Shown piece by piece: positions 1 to 13,190 of a DNA stretch of 64,000 nucleotides (within the stretch, counting starts at the first letter, position 1; each line of letters opens with the position of its first letter). The notes under the pieces were generated by a model that saw only the letters and a program-made list of their open reading frames with translations, did not search any database and was not told the origin of the DNA. The translations under genes were made by a program, and so were the position numbers. Origin of the DNA: Octopus sinensis (Eukaryota); NCBI RefSeq assembly GCF_006345805.1, contig NC_042997.1, positions 205,530,001 through 205,594,000 on the forward strand, given 5' to 3'.

Positions 1-2830
1 AATTAGCTGAAGTATATTCTTACATCAAAAGTATCGACCCAGATTTCATCACAGTCATGAAAATATGGGCACATTCTGCATTCTGTGATGGGGTTTTCAG
101 CATAGCCAGCTACAACCTGTTCCGCATTAATCGCCGTGGTGGGGGTGTGATGGTTTACATTCGTTCAAATCTATTGGCAATTCCTTGTGATGATTTGAAC
201 CAATCTCAACAGGAAGTATTTTTCTGCAATATATACATGACCATGTCAACACTTCTGCTTGGAGTTGTTTACCGCCCCCCAAATTACCATCAAGACACAC
301 AACTTTTTGATATCCTCAGAGCTGCTGGGGGACTTCAATTTCCCTGAGATTGACTGGGAGGCCTTCTGTTGGCTGCAAAGTGCAGACGATTTCCTTGAAC
401 TGGTGCTGAATTCAAATTGGTCGCAATTTTTACCTCCCTCACAAGGGGTAACAACACTTTGGATCTGCTATTTACCGCTTCTCCTGAAACAATCATTAGT
501 GTCACTACTGAAGTACCTTTAGGTGACTCTGATCATTCCATGATCATGGCTGACTTGTCTCTGATTGGTTGTAACAAAAACCACAACCATCTTCAAACTG
601 CCTGCTTTGACTGGAATAAAGCAGACTGGAACTATTGTTGTACCGAGCTGTGATGCCCAAACTGGCTTGAATTTTATGCCTCTGGAGATGTGAACACTAT
701 ACTTCAGAACATTCTGAATTCAATATGGGTGGCATGTGTGCATCGGTACCACACAAGCACAAAAAGATCACCCAATAGTTCAATCTGGGAGACTGCAGCA
801 GTCCGACTTGCCAGGAAAGAACGCTGTAATGCTGAACAGGAATACAAATTGCACAAATCAGAGAGCAACAGGGAAAAGCGCAATAGGTCAGCCAACCACC
901 TCAAGCAGGTGACAAAAAAGGCAGGGCTTGAATTTGAACAGCGCATTGCAGCTAACCCTGACAGCAAAGTGTTCTGGAAGTATGTGCACTCAAAGCAGAG
1001 ACCCCACTCTCCAGTTGGCCTCCTTTGCAATCTCCACATGGGCCAGGTTACTGGCAATCCCAAATAATGTGCAGTAATCATTGCTGGATGCTATGCCGGT
1101 ATCTTTACTGTTGAAGACCAAAATATCCCATCTTCATCATCACTGACATCGGACTCTATATCTACTATGCAATTTACACCAGCAATGCTACAACGCCACC
1201 TTAAGAATGAACGTAACTATGCCTCTCCTGGTCTCGATGGTGTTACATACCTACTTCTCAAACGCAGTAGGTACTTTCTTCTAAACCAACTTTCACTATT
1301 CTTCCAATTCTGTCTTGACAATGGTGTTACTCCAGAGCAGTGAAAAACTGCCAGTGCTATCCCTCTGTTCAAAAAATGTGACCACACATCACCTGTCAAC
1401 TATCGCCCCGTCAGTCTTACTAGCTGCATCGCTAAAATGATGGAATCCTGTATCAGAGAAACCCTCTGGAACTTCTGGAAGTCTCACAGCCTCATCCAGC
1501 TGTCACAATTTGGATTTATTCCTAACTCCAGCTGCTGTAATCAACTCATCGAGTTTCTTGAGGACATTACCCAAATCACTGATTGCTGATCCTGGGTGGA
1601 TGTTGTTTACCTGGACTTTGCTAAGGCTTTTAACTCTGTGCCACACAAAAGACTTATGGTGAAGCTTTCTGCGTTGGGTGTAAGAGACGAACTCTATAAC
1701 TAGTTGAAGTCCTTTATTTTCGGCCGAAAAGAGGTTGTCACAGTTCTAGGACAGCACTCTTCACCGTATGAGATGACATCTGGTGTACCACAGGGATCTG
1801 TTCTTGGCCCCCTTTTATTTGTTGCATATGTTAATGACATAGATGCCAACTTAAAGAATGCCACAGTGCTGAAATATGCAGATGACATCAAGCTGTACCT
1901 CGAAATAAAGAGGTCAGATCCTGTACACTATAGATCTTTATTGCAATCGGACCTGGACACAATGCAGCAGTGGATCATGGACTGGCAACTCAACCTGGCT
2001 GTGGACAAATGTACCACCATGCATTTTGGGAGGAAAAACTCAGCGTCTACTTGCTCCCTCCACAACACTAATCTCAAAAAGTCTTCTTGTGAACGTGACC
2101 TGGGCATTATTGTCGACAGCAATTTGTGTTGGATAAAACACATTGCTAAAATTGCCAAGAAGGCTGAGGGTGTCTTGGCATCACACACCAAGACCTTTGT
2201 GAGCCGCTCTCCGGCTATCTATCTGAGGCATTATATAGCTATGGTAAGACTTAACCTGGAATTTGCATCCCCAGTCTGGAACCCCTATCTTGCCCAGGAT
2301 ATTAATCGTCTGGAAGCCATTCAGCGACGTGCAACCAAGAGAATTCCCTCCATCAGGCATTTGCCATATTCTGAACACCTTACTTCCCTGGGCATGGATA
2401 CATTGAAACTCCAACGTCTGGCAGCTGACTTGGCAGACACCCATAAAATTATTAACCATCTTACAAACAAAAACTCTGAGCACCTTTTCAAACTCCATCT
2501 GTCTAACACCTGTGGACATGTTTACAAAGTCAGAAAACAGCACAGCTCCCATAACTTTCGGAAACATTTTTTCACGCTAAGAGTTGCTGAAGCATGGAAC
2601 AAACTGCCGGCATCAGTTGTTAGTTGTCGGAGCACTGCATCCTTCAAAACTTCCATGCTTTCTGAGATTCGCCAACACTACACCTGATTTTCTCCCCTCC
2701 ATACACACACAAGCATGTATCTGACTCATACATTGTTCACTTCCCAGACATTTGTACATTACTGCAGATGCTTTATACGCACTTTTGACAAGTTGTGGTG
2801 CACCTGAGCACTGTATACAATAATTTCACT
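1..2830 (+). mobile_element. CR1-like LINE, degraded ORF2 (APE + RT) with 3' UTR
   Basis: Frameshifted APE motifs (GGGVMVYIR, VVYRPP, GDFNFPEIDW, NTLDLLF, SDH) at 57-653; RT GVPQGSVLGPLLF and YADDIKLY in 1704-2687; stops and frameshifts in between; ends in an (ATT)n tail. Confidence 0.92.
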
Positions 2831-2831
2831 A

Positions 2832-2878
<47 letters not shown>

Positions 2879-2903
2879 GTTGTTGTTGTTATTACTATTA
2901 TTA
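2829..2903. repeat. (TAT)n/(TGT)n microsatellite, tail of the CR1-like element
   Basis: Direct reading. Confidence 0.95.
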
Positions 2904-3469
2904 TGAAACAAATGGTTTTTACATAAAAAAAATCTTCATTTATGACTCTGCCACTTAAAATGTCTTTTTTACCTCATCCATAAAGTATAGATTCTAGTTT
3001 CTATTAGACTTGATAAACTAGCCTATAAATTTAAAGTAACCCCCCCCCCACATTAGTAAATCTGAATAACATATATAATCAATGATAAGCAGTGTCTTTC
3101 CTTTGCAAAAATTTCAGTTACAACTGTGATGTTGTTGATAAAACATGTTCTTTGTCTATCTACTTATCCTCTTTGTGATTTTGAATAATAAGAAAGCTAT
3201 ACAAAGGAATCCTTCGAATTTAACTAAATTCTATATTTTTATGCAGCTGAAGATTGCTCTACATTTTAAAACTGATGTAATTTTTGCATTGTTCAATTAA
3301 ATGGAGTCGCATGAAACGATTGTACTGCATTACCTCTGGATATCCTTGTTGCTTATTTTGATTGTAATTATATGGATAATACCATGCCAAATTCTGGTGC
3401 CTTTAACTTAAGTACCATATTCATCTGAATCTAAATTTTACTAAATATATGTATGTATATATATATATA

Positions 3470-4930
3470 CTGTTGTGTCTGGGGAGAGTCATTTTCTTTT
3501 TGTGCCTTATAATTTTACACACTCACCGGTGAAATATCCGCTTAATGTAGAAACTGAGAAGAACATAATGGAGAGCCTCCAGCAAATAGCTAACTCCATC
3601 CACCAAAGTATCAAGGTAACTATAGATTAACCCCCACTAAGCACCCCAACAATGGACTCCCTGTACTTGATACTGAACTTGGGTTAGAGACTGTGAGCAA
3701 AATAGTGCAGCTCCTCCACTCTTATTACATGGAACCCATAACTTCAAACTATGTCGTTCACAAGAACTCACCTTTCTCACACAACAAGGAAATTAAACCA
3801 TACTGATAGCAGACTTAATTAGAATAATGAACAATGTGTCCCCACTATGCGAACCCTATGAAACGACAAAACACATACAGAACTTTATGCACCGCATTCA
3901 GTTCTTTGGATATGATCAAAAAGATTGGGTTCGAGTATACAGGGGTGCTAGAAATAAATCTGATAACATTATACGTAATGATACCAGTGGTAGCTGCCCT
4001 AGATATAGAAACAAAGAATGGAATAGGATACAAAGCACTTGTGACATAGCAAACAGGGCGAACACATGGTATAAAAGTGAGAAATATGAAGGAGTGATGT
4101 TTGTAGAGGCCAAATCCCATGGAGAACTAGCCTGTAGATTTAGGGAAGCTCTGAAGGAGACCAAACCCGACATTAAGATTGTTGAAAAGCCAGGGAACTC
4201 CGTCAGATCATAACTATGTAGGATGTACCCCTTTAAGTATACCATATGCACCAATGATAACTGCATGGTATGTAGGATTAGCCCTGGCATTAACTGTAGA
4301 ACTCGAAATGTAGTTTACAGCATAGAATGCTTAGAAGGTGCTTGTAAGGACATGAACATGACGTACGTAGGGGAGACATCTAGGAGCATAGCTGAAAGAC
4401 TAAATGAACATTTGAGACAATATGACAACAAAAAGCAGTCCTCCATACTCTACCAACATCCCAAAGACCACCATAGAGGCAACTTGGGTCAACTTGACAT
4501 CCGCATCTCATCCAAGCAATCAAAAGACCCAACACTCAGACAAATACGGGAGTACGTCCTTATAAATGAAACTTTCCTAATACTAAATAGGAAATATACA
4601 TGGTAGATATCATACGCCCATACCCATACATAAATACATGCATGCATAGACACACACACACATTGACCCACACACATGCGCACAAACAAACAAAAAGGAA
4701 CGCAGTGTAAATAACGGACAGAGTCAAGACTATTGAAAAGGTTGCAAGATGCAACGAAAATTTGAACAAAATAAAAAGGAGAAATAAGTGGAAATTTTTG
4801 GCAGTGAGTGTGTTAAATTATAAGGCACAAAAAGAAAATGACTCTCCCCAGACACAACAGAATATGCTTCAACACACAAACTCACATAAAGAATCTTGCA
4901 AACCAAATCCAAACATGAAATACATATACG
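3470..4930 (+). mobile_element. 5'-truncated Penelope-like element (RT end, thumb, GIY-YIG endonuclease) with a 57-bp inverted terminal segment
   Basis: QQIANSIHQSIKVTID*P...LPVLD near 3580-3680; thumb region 3827-4213; GIY-YIG C..C...NVVYSIEC...YVGET.R...ERLNEH in 4223-4606; 3470-3526 is the reverse complement of 4804-4860 with 1 mismatch. Confidence 0.88.
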
Positions 4931-4934
4931 GACG

Positions 4935-4967
4935 TTAAATGATGATGATGATGATGATATATATCTT

Positions 4968-5010
<43 letters not shown>
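4935..5010. repeat. (GAT)n plus (GT)n microsatellites just upstream of a PARP acceptor
   Basis: Direct reading. Confidence 0.9.
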
Positions 5011-5013
<3 letters not shown>

Positions 5014-5050
5014 AAGTGTACATATGTTGATATTTGTTTATTATTTTCAG

Positions 5051-5187
5051 ACACCACATCATCAAACACATCTCTTCCTGGCTCGCAAAAGGAAACCTCT
5101 TCTGTGGAGCCCAGAACTAATGAGACATCCGGAGAAAATGCTGGCATCAAAATACAACTATTGATTGATTCAATTTCTAATGCATCT
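5051..5187 (+). CDS. PARP exon: linker and first strand of the macrodomain
   Basis: ttattttcag|AC...TCT|gtgagt; (D)[45 protein letters not shown]; phase 1 to 0. Confidence 0.8.
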
Positions 5188-8100
5188 GTGAGTAAATAGA
5201 TTCACTTAACATATTTACCTTTAATTGTTATTTCATTTCCAAATGAGGAATCATTACAGTTAATTAAAACATTTTCTCAATCAAACTCAAACATTCTATT
5301 TCCTTCACATCTGATATCTTGAGTATATCTTTTGCTAACTTTAACAACCTCAAACTTACTACAGCCATTCTGTAGAGCCTTTCTTAACAACAATATCAAC
5401 TGCAACAATGTATCTCTCTTCTCTCCATGGAATGTTCCTTAGTTGTTTACCATTAATTACTTTTGTAGGTTGATGTCATCGTTAACAGCAGCAATAAAAA
5501 CCTCCGGCTTAGTGATGGTTCTATCTCCAAATCTATTTTCAATGCTGCTGGTTCACAGATACAAGATGAATGTAACCAGAAATATCCTCGAGGTATTTCT
5601 ACATCTGAAATTGCCATCACTAAAGGGTATAACCTCAAATGTAAGAATGTATTTCATCTGGCATTACCTTCCTGGGATGAATATTCCTCTGATTCAGTAA
5701 GTATCAATCATATTATATTGACTTATTGAAACAGTTAATGTTTGAAGGGAACCTTATGCATGTTGTGTGAGAATCATAAAGCAAATGTCAGCATCCTGTT
5801 TAATATTTGTTCTTCCAAGTTATCATTGGAAGGAAGCAGAAGATATCGATGAACAGGACACTTTTATATATAAATAGAAGGGAAAAAGCCTCATGGCCTA
5901 ACAACAGTTATATGACTGATAAATAAGACTATATTAAAACATATTTCTCTGTTTTACTCTCTGTATTGGTGAGTTTTTCTCTGTCATGGCACGAGCACTA
6001 GAGAGGTTGTCATGTCCTCAACAACACTAAAGACTCCTCTTGGGTCTGCATTCTCTCTCTTCATTCACCAACCATTTAACATGGTGGATTGAGTCTGTTT
6101 TATTGTAGCAGCAACATGAGTGAGGTTGCCTTGTCTCTTGCAGGACTAAAGAGTGATAGGAATGACAGTTGTGTTTAGAAGTGGTAGGAGTGAGAGGAGT
6201 TGTGAGAGGAGGATATATTTATTACAACTTAATGGTTTCTTCCTGTAATAAGAAAATAATTTAATAAAATGTTCATTATCAATTACTAAACAATTATTTT
6301 TTATTAGATTCTGGCAAACTTGACTCAAATAATAACCATTTGTCTAGAAAATGCTGAGGAATTGGGAGCAAAAAGTCTTGCATTTCCTATATTAGGAGCT
6401 GGGGTATTGAAGTACCCTGTTGAAGAACTACCCAGAACTATGTATGAAGCAGTGAAAAGCTACTCAAATCTAAATTCAAGCCGGATCAAAAACGTTTGCT
6501 TTGTGGTTTATCCTCAAGATACAGTAGTAGTAAAGGTTGGTTGATGTATTTATTGTTTGTTGTTTGATGTTGATATTCTTGGAATTTACCAAAAACCAAT
6601 ATTCCGCAATAAAGAAAAGAAAATAGAAACGATCCTCACTTACAGCCCTTGTTCCATACTTTCATGGGTGCAACATTTTGACTGGCTCCAATGAGCCACA
6701 AGGGTTTATTGAACCCCAGTGTCTGCTTTGGCATGGTTTCTATGGCTGGATGCCATTCCTAATGCCAACCACTTCACAGCATGTCCTGGGTACCTTTCTT
6801 CATGCTACCTTTAATGCTGTTCATCATATCTTGTTGTGCTTTATCCTTTCATTATACCATTTCCCATCACCAAATTCTTGCTTCTGAAATATTCCATTGT
6901 AACATTTGAAGCTAAGAATGTGTTGCTTGTTGTTGTTGTTGTATTTATTGTTGGACCCTGAGTCAGTTCTGATTCTGCAGACTGAAGGTCAAAGATGCTT
7001 GTATGTCTTTCTTCTCTTCTTTTCTTCCTCCTCCTCTTCCAAGCTGCCACAGCCAAGATACATTTCACAAACGCCAAACCAGTTACCTCTGTCCCCCTTC
7101 CCCCTTTCTCTCCATTTCTGGTTCTGGGACTCTTGCAATAACATCAGTTGTAATTGGGTGGAACTTTCTCCCTATCCAAGTATGGAAATCTCCAAAATCT
7201 AACATCTGATATGGTCAACGGTTCAGCAAAATAGCCTTGGTCAGCAAACCCTATACTTTATTGAGCATCAAAAGCCAGGATGGATGGAATATGTCCACAA
7301 ATTTCCTCTTTGGTCCAGTGCCCTTTAAAAAGCCTGGTGAATTTACCATCAAGGTGATGTTGAAGCTCTTTACACTTGACCCTGACAAGCCTTGTCCACT
7401 TTGAAATATTCAATTTCCAGATGTTCTGAAGAATGTTTCAAGTAATCCAAGTTGTTTCCATTGTGCATGAAGAAGTCCCAAATAAAGACCCAAGATACAT
7501 TCTCTAGCTAAGACTTCCCACATTTATTCACAAAACACTATAAGGTAGCAAGGTATGATGTGAGAGAGATTTGGCTGTTAATTTTAGCAGATCAAGTGAC
7601 CACGTAAAGACCTCTTTCTTTGGTTCTTCTTGCAACTGTTCTTCATTCCCATGCAGTCAGTTATTAGTGTGAGGTAATATTTATCCCCGTTTAAACAAGG
7701 ATGTTCCCTGAGAACCAACTTTACTATGGTAATTGCCATGAGAGAAACCCTCACAGGCTTTTTGGAATGCCCTCTTCTTCATATCAGTAGCAAAAAGATA
7801 AATCTTCAGCACCAAGGCCACCAGTTCATGTGATTTCCACCTTGTTTGAACTTATCGATGATGGACAATCGACTGCTAGAGACAGCAGTAATTCATCTCC
7901 CCTCCAGCGTTATATAGATTGACACTCCCTAGTGCTCATGTGTCCATCATTGACAAGGTCAAACAAGGTGGATATTATGTGATCTTGCTGTCCCAGTGCT
8001 GGAGGTAGTAGGGAATTATCTTGCCCCAAAAATCCAATGTTAGGGTTTAGCTCATGGCATCTACCACAGTAAAGTTTGTACTAACAGGACAGCCATGTTT

Positions 8101-11100
8101 AAGTGGGGATGAAATATTGCATCTCTTGGCTTTACTACTGCCTCTGTCACTAATGTGCTTATGCATCAAATTTCTATAGAGCTGTGTAAACAAATATTAA
8201 CACCTTGCATATATATATATATATACATACACACAATATCTGTGTGTGTGTGTGTGTACTCATCACATTCCTTTTGTCTACTCATGCATGTCTATATATA
8301 TATATATATATACACTGTGTCCCAAATTTGAAGCAACTATCTTTTTTCAATTTTGCCAAAGCCAAATATTGTTATATTTCGGTTCAGAGCATTACAATGC
8401 AATGGTAAGTGAAACACAATTATGACTCTAACACATTTATTCAATACGACCACCTCTGTTTCAAGACACAGATGCTACTCTAGGTGAAAATGCTACACAT
8501 GCAGCACACAACTGTTCTTGTGGAACCAAAGCCCATTCCTGGTGCAGTATTGTCTCCAGAGCATTGAGCAAAACTTGGGGAGTTCTCAAGACCAAATTGG
8601 GCCAAACAGAAAAACCCAATGGATTGAGATTGGGGCCTCTTGAGGACCATATGTCCTTGACTAACAATGACGGAATGTCTTTCTGAATCCACTGTTGTGT
8701 CTATTTGGAGCTGTGGGATGGTGCCAAGTCCAGTTGTAAGCTCTAACGTATGCCATGAAAGTGCTCATTCACCCAGGGAAGCAGTTAAACTTCTAGAATG
8801 TCACTAATGTTATTTTTTATGTTAATTTTAACATCTGAGGGCACAAAAATGAAGGGAGACCTTCCTGTGGCTTTCACAGCCACCCAAACCATAACTGATT
8901 GTAGATTATGACATCGATTTATAAGTCTATCCTTGACAGAACCAGATACACTCAAAATGTCGGTTGTTCTGATGGTTTACTGTTTGTTTGATGTCAAATT
9001 TCTTTACAACAGGGAACACCAGATTATGGGGCGTGTAATCATTGAGAGGAAGTAGGAGATCCTGTAGTTGCTAGCGATATTTGCTCCACAGACTGGTCTT
9101 GTTGGTGGTCCCACCGCAGGATCAGTAGTTACTTTGTGGTCCTTACAAAGTCCAGACAGCGTTGGGATACTGTTGTTCCAGGCTTGGAAATTGTTGGCCA
9201 TGCATTTCTGAGATCCAAGAACAATTGTCCACATCATCATGTGGGCGTTGGGGGACCTTTTCTCTCTCCTCATGCACCTGTAAAGTTGTTATTTTCGTAT
9301 TGGCAATGTGAGGTTGCATTGCCTGGATGTAGTTCGGTAAGCTGTCTATTGACATCCTGCCAGAATTATTTGTCGGAAGGCATACCATTTCTCTGTTCCT
9401 CATGCACTGAATCAGTCTACATAGGCCACATGTGGGTTTATACCCGAGTTGTTGGACCTCTGTCTGATTCTATTTCTGTCTCTTAGTGTATAGTTCTAAA
9501 ATCTAGGTTTGGTCCTAGCTATAGTGAACTGTGCTTCCATGTGGTCATTAGTATGTCTTGGGATGTAGACCCTTAAATACTTCGAAATCAAAGTTGGGTG
9601 CACATGGTGGATATGTACCCCACCTACTCCCATACATTAAATAAGCCTTCAAGCAGTCTATTCATATGCTAGAAATAACAGCCAAATCTCACACAAACTC
9701 TTTTCCACACATTTTTTAATAAATTTTTTTACATGTGCTATTCATATGGCCTAGAAGTCGATTATATTGGAATTTTTTCGGAGAAAGCTATTTGTAGGGG
9801 TGGGTATGAGTTTTGACAAAAATCCCAAACTGGTTGGATATGTTTCTCGGCGATAAAATTTCAGAGAAATTTCCCATGGTAAAAAGAGGTATTATTAATA
9901 CTGTATGGCAAAAAGTTTTTATTTTTTATGCAACTGAAAGTGTTGGAAATTTCCAAAGTGTTTTATTTTTTTTCTACAAAATGAAATTTGAAAGAACATT
10001 TACAAAAAATATGAGTACTGAAATAACAGGAAGTCTTTCCTGGATCTTGAATATTTTTAAACGTACAGCGTGGAAGATGAAACTGTGTTTACAGAGATAA
10101 TGAATTAGATAGAATAATGAAATGAACTAATAAGGTAATTATGGTATGTGCTGAAAAAGAGAGGTTTAGATGTGCTCAGTTGAAAAACAAGATTGCTTGT
10201 CTGAATATCTGAATTTCTACTCTTGTTGGTGAGGTCTTAAAATGAGTAAATTTAAAACAATATTCATCCATTGTAATTAACAGAAATTAATTAGGATATT
10301 ATGTCTTTGCTTGAGTGATGATAAATTAATTGTTTACTTCTAACAGAAATTTGAAGAATATTTCCAAGGAAACACAACAGGTAGTTCAACTGCATCATCA
10401 GGTAAATACTTTCTTTTTATTTATCTTAAATTTTATTTAGGAAAAAACAAGTGTCTCTTTTCATCATCATCGTCATCGTCACCATCTTCGTCGTCATCGC
10501 CACTGTCATCATCATCATCATCATCATTATTCAGAAGGTGAGCTGGTAGAATCATTAGCATGTTGGGCATTTTGTCTGTCTTAACGTTCTGAGTTCAAAT
10601 TCCACCTTTCATCCTTTCAGGGACAATGAAATAAGTACCAGTTACACACTGGGATCAGTGTAATCAAGAATCCCCTCCTCCAAAACTTCAGGCCTTGTGA
10701 GTTTAATAAAAAAGAGTATTATCTTTATTATTATTGAGTGAGAGAGTAATGCATGCCAACAAAGTGACCGTGGGGTACAAATATACAAAGTCCAGTATAC
10801 CCATCATAACTACCCGTCTGATAAGGGTACACCTGGCACATGCATCACGACCATATGTGTGTGACATTATGATCTCATAACAAGATAAACAGTGCATGAC
10901 CCTTGCAGGTGGGGCCCAGTTAGAAATTCCTTCAGATCGAGAAGCCCATATAGCTCAAAAGGTTACTGAATAAGGTTTGTTTAAGGATGTTGAATGAAAC
11001 ACTTATATTTCCAAAGGGGAATTATTCAATACCCCAAAAATTCCCTTTCAACACATGGCTATGATGCTCCCCCACTACTTCTGCTCATGATCAGAGATGC

Positions 11101-11285
11101 ACATACCATCAGCCACTAAGGGACATACTCAACTGGTTATGGTCAAACAACTAACAAGCAAATCTGTGGTATTGAGCTGAATATTTGCTGTAACCCATCT
11201 TTCATACCAAGAAAAAACAATGTGGATGATAACACTTCCAATCAGTTAAGATCAGAAGCTACGAGAGCCACTGCCTGGTACTGCA

Positions 11286-11323
<38 letters not shown>

Positions 11324-13143
11324 TAGTTTTATTTTTATAGCGGGCTTTCACTTCACTACCAAGCGCAGCTCTGTGTGCCTTGGGTATGTGCTGTGATTTG
11401 TTGTGATGCTCTGATGGTTATTGTATGGAAAGTGTTCTGCGTAGGATGTGTGCAGTGCCTAGTAGTGCAATTTTCTGTATGTTATATGTGTTTGTAAGTC
11501 CTGGTGTTTTTGTTATGTATTTGTCTGAATATTTTTTTATCATGCCTAATGCACCTACTATGATAGGAATTGTTTCTGTTTTCAGGTTCCACATTCTAGT
11601 TACCTCTATTTCCAGGTCTTTGTATTTTGAGAGTTTCTCCATTTCTTTTAGAGACACATTGTCATCTGCCAGTATTGATACATCAATTAGAAAGCATTTT
11701 TTTTCTTCATTATCTCTGACAACTATATCTGGTCTGTTGGCCTTAATTTCTCTATCTGTGTGTATCGGCATATCCCAGAGTATGGTTGCTTTCTCGTTTT
11801 CTGTGACCTTTTCTGGTGTGTGCCTATACCATCTTTTTTCTGTTGTTATTCCATAATGTTGGCATAGCTTCCAATGTATGTAGGTTCCAACTCTGTCATG
11901 TCTGTGAATATATTCCTTCTTAGCCAGGACTGGGCAGCTAGAGATAATATGATTTATTGTTTCTTGTCCATCTCCACATATTCTGCAGTTACTTGTAATA
12001 TTTCTTTTCATTACATGTTTTTGGTAATTTCTGGTGGGGAGGCTTTGGTCTTGTGCTGCAATTAAAAATCCCTCTGTTTCTGCTTTGAGTCCTGAGCTTC
12101 TCAACCATTGCTAGGATTTTTCTTTGTCTATTTCTTTTGCGTTTAGTTTAGTGCAGTATTTACCACGAAGGGGCTTTTCTTGCCATCGTTTTATCATGGC
12201 TCGTTGCTGTTCTATTTTTAGTTTGGATTTCATTTGTTTTATAGCTTTTGTTGTTTCTTCATCATCTTCTTCTTCTTTGTGTTTATTAGGTGGTATGATT
12301 TCTTGTTTGTATTTGTCAGCTTCCTTAAATACTGAGAACAGTTTTTTGTTTTGCTCGTGTTTTGCTGCTATCTGGATCAGTTTTCCTTCCTTCTGAAGTA
12401 GGTATTTTTGCAGTCCTATGGTGGTTATTTTATAGTAGTTTTCCAGCTGTATAAGGCCTCTACCACCTTCTATACATTGTATATATAGTCTTTCTATGTC
12501 AGATTTTGGGTGATGCATCCTAGATCCTGTCAGTATTTTTCTTGTTTTCCTATCTATTTTGGACAGTTCATTTCGTGTCCAGTTAAGGATATTGTAGCTG
12601 TAACTTATAACTGGGACAGCTAAAGTGTTGATACCTATTATCTTGTTTTTAGCATTGAGCTCTGTTTTTAGTATTGATCTAACTCGTCTATAATATTCTT
12701 TTTTTATTTTCTCTTTCATTTGTGTGTGTTGTGTCTTATCTAGTTCATGGATTCCTAAGTATTTGTAAGTTTGGCTTTGGTCTAATTCTTTTATTTCATT
12801 GGTTTTATCTAGTGTGATGTTGTTACTCTTAACTAGTTTTCCTCTTTTCATGGTTACTTTGGCGCATTTTTCTAATCCAAATTTCATATCTATTTCTTTG
12901 GTAAATCCATGAACTGTCTTTAATAGTGTTTCCAGCTGTTTGTCATTTGCAGCGTATAGTTTTAGGTCATCCATATATAAAAGGTGGCTGATCGTTTTGC
13001 CGTAACATTTATATCCGCATCCAGTTCTATTTAGCATATCAGATAGAGGTGACAGTGCCAAGCAGAAAAGGAGTGGAGAGAGCGTGTCTCCCTGGAATAT
13101 TCCTCTTCTAATGGGGATGTCTTTGGTTTTCATGAGTCCCTCT

Positions 13144-13190
<47 letters not shown>

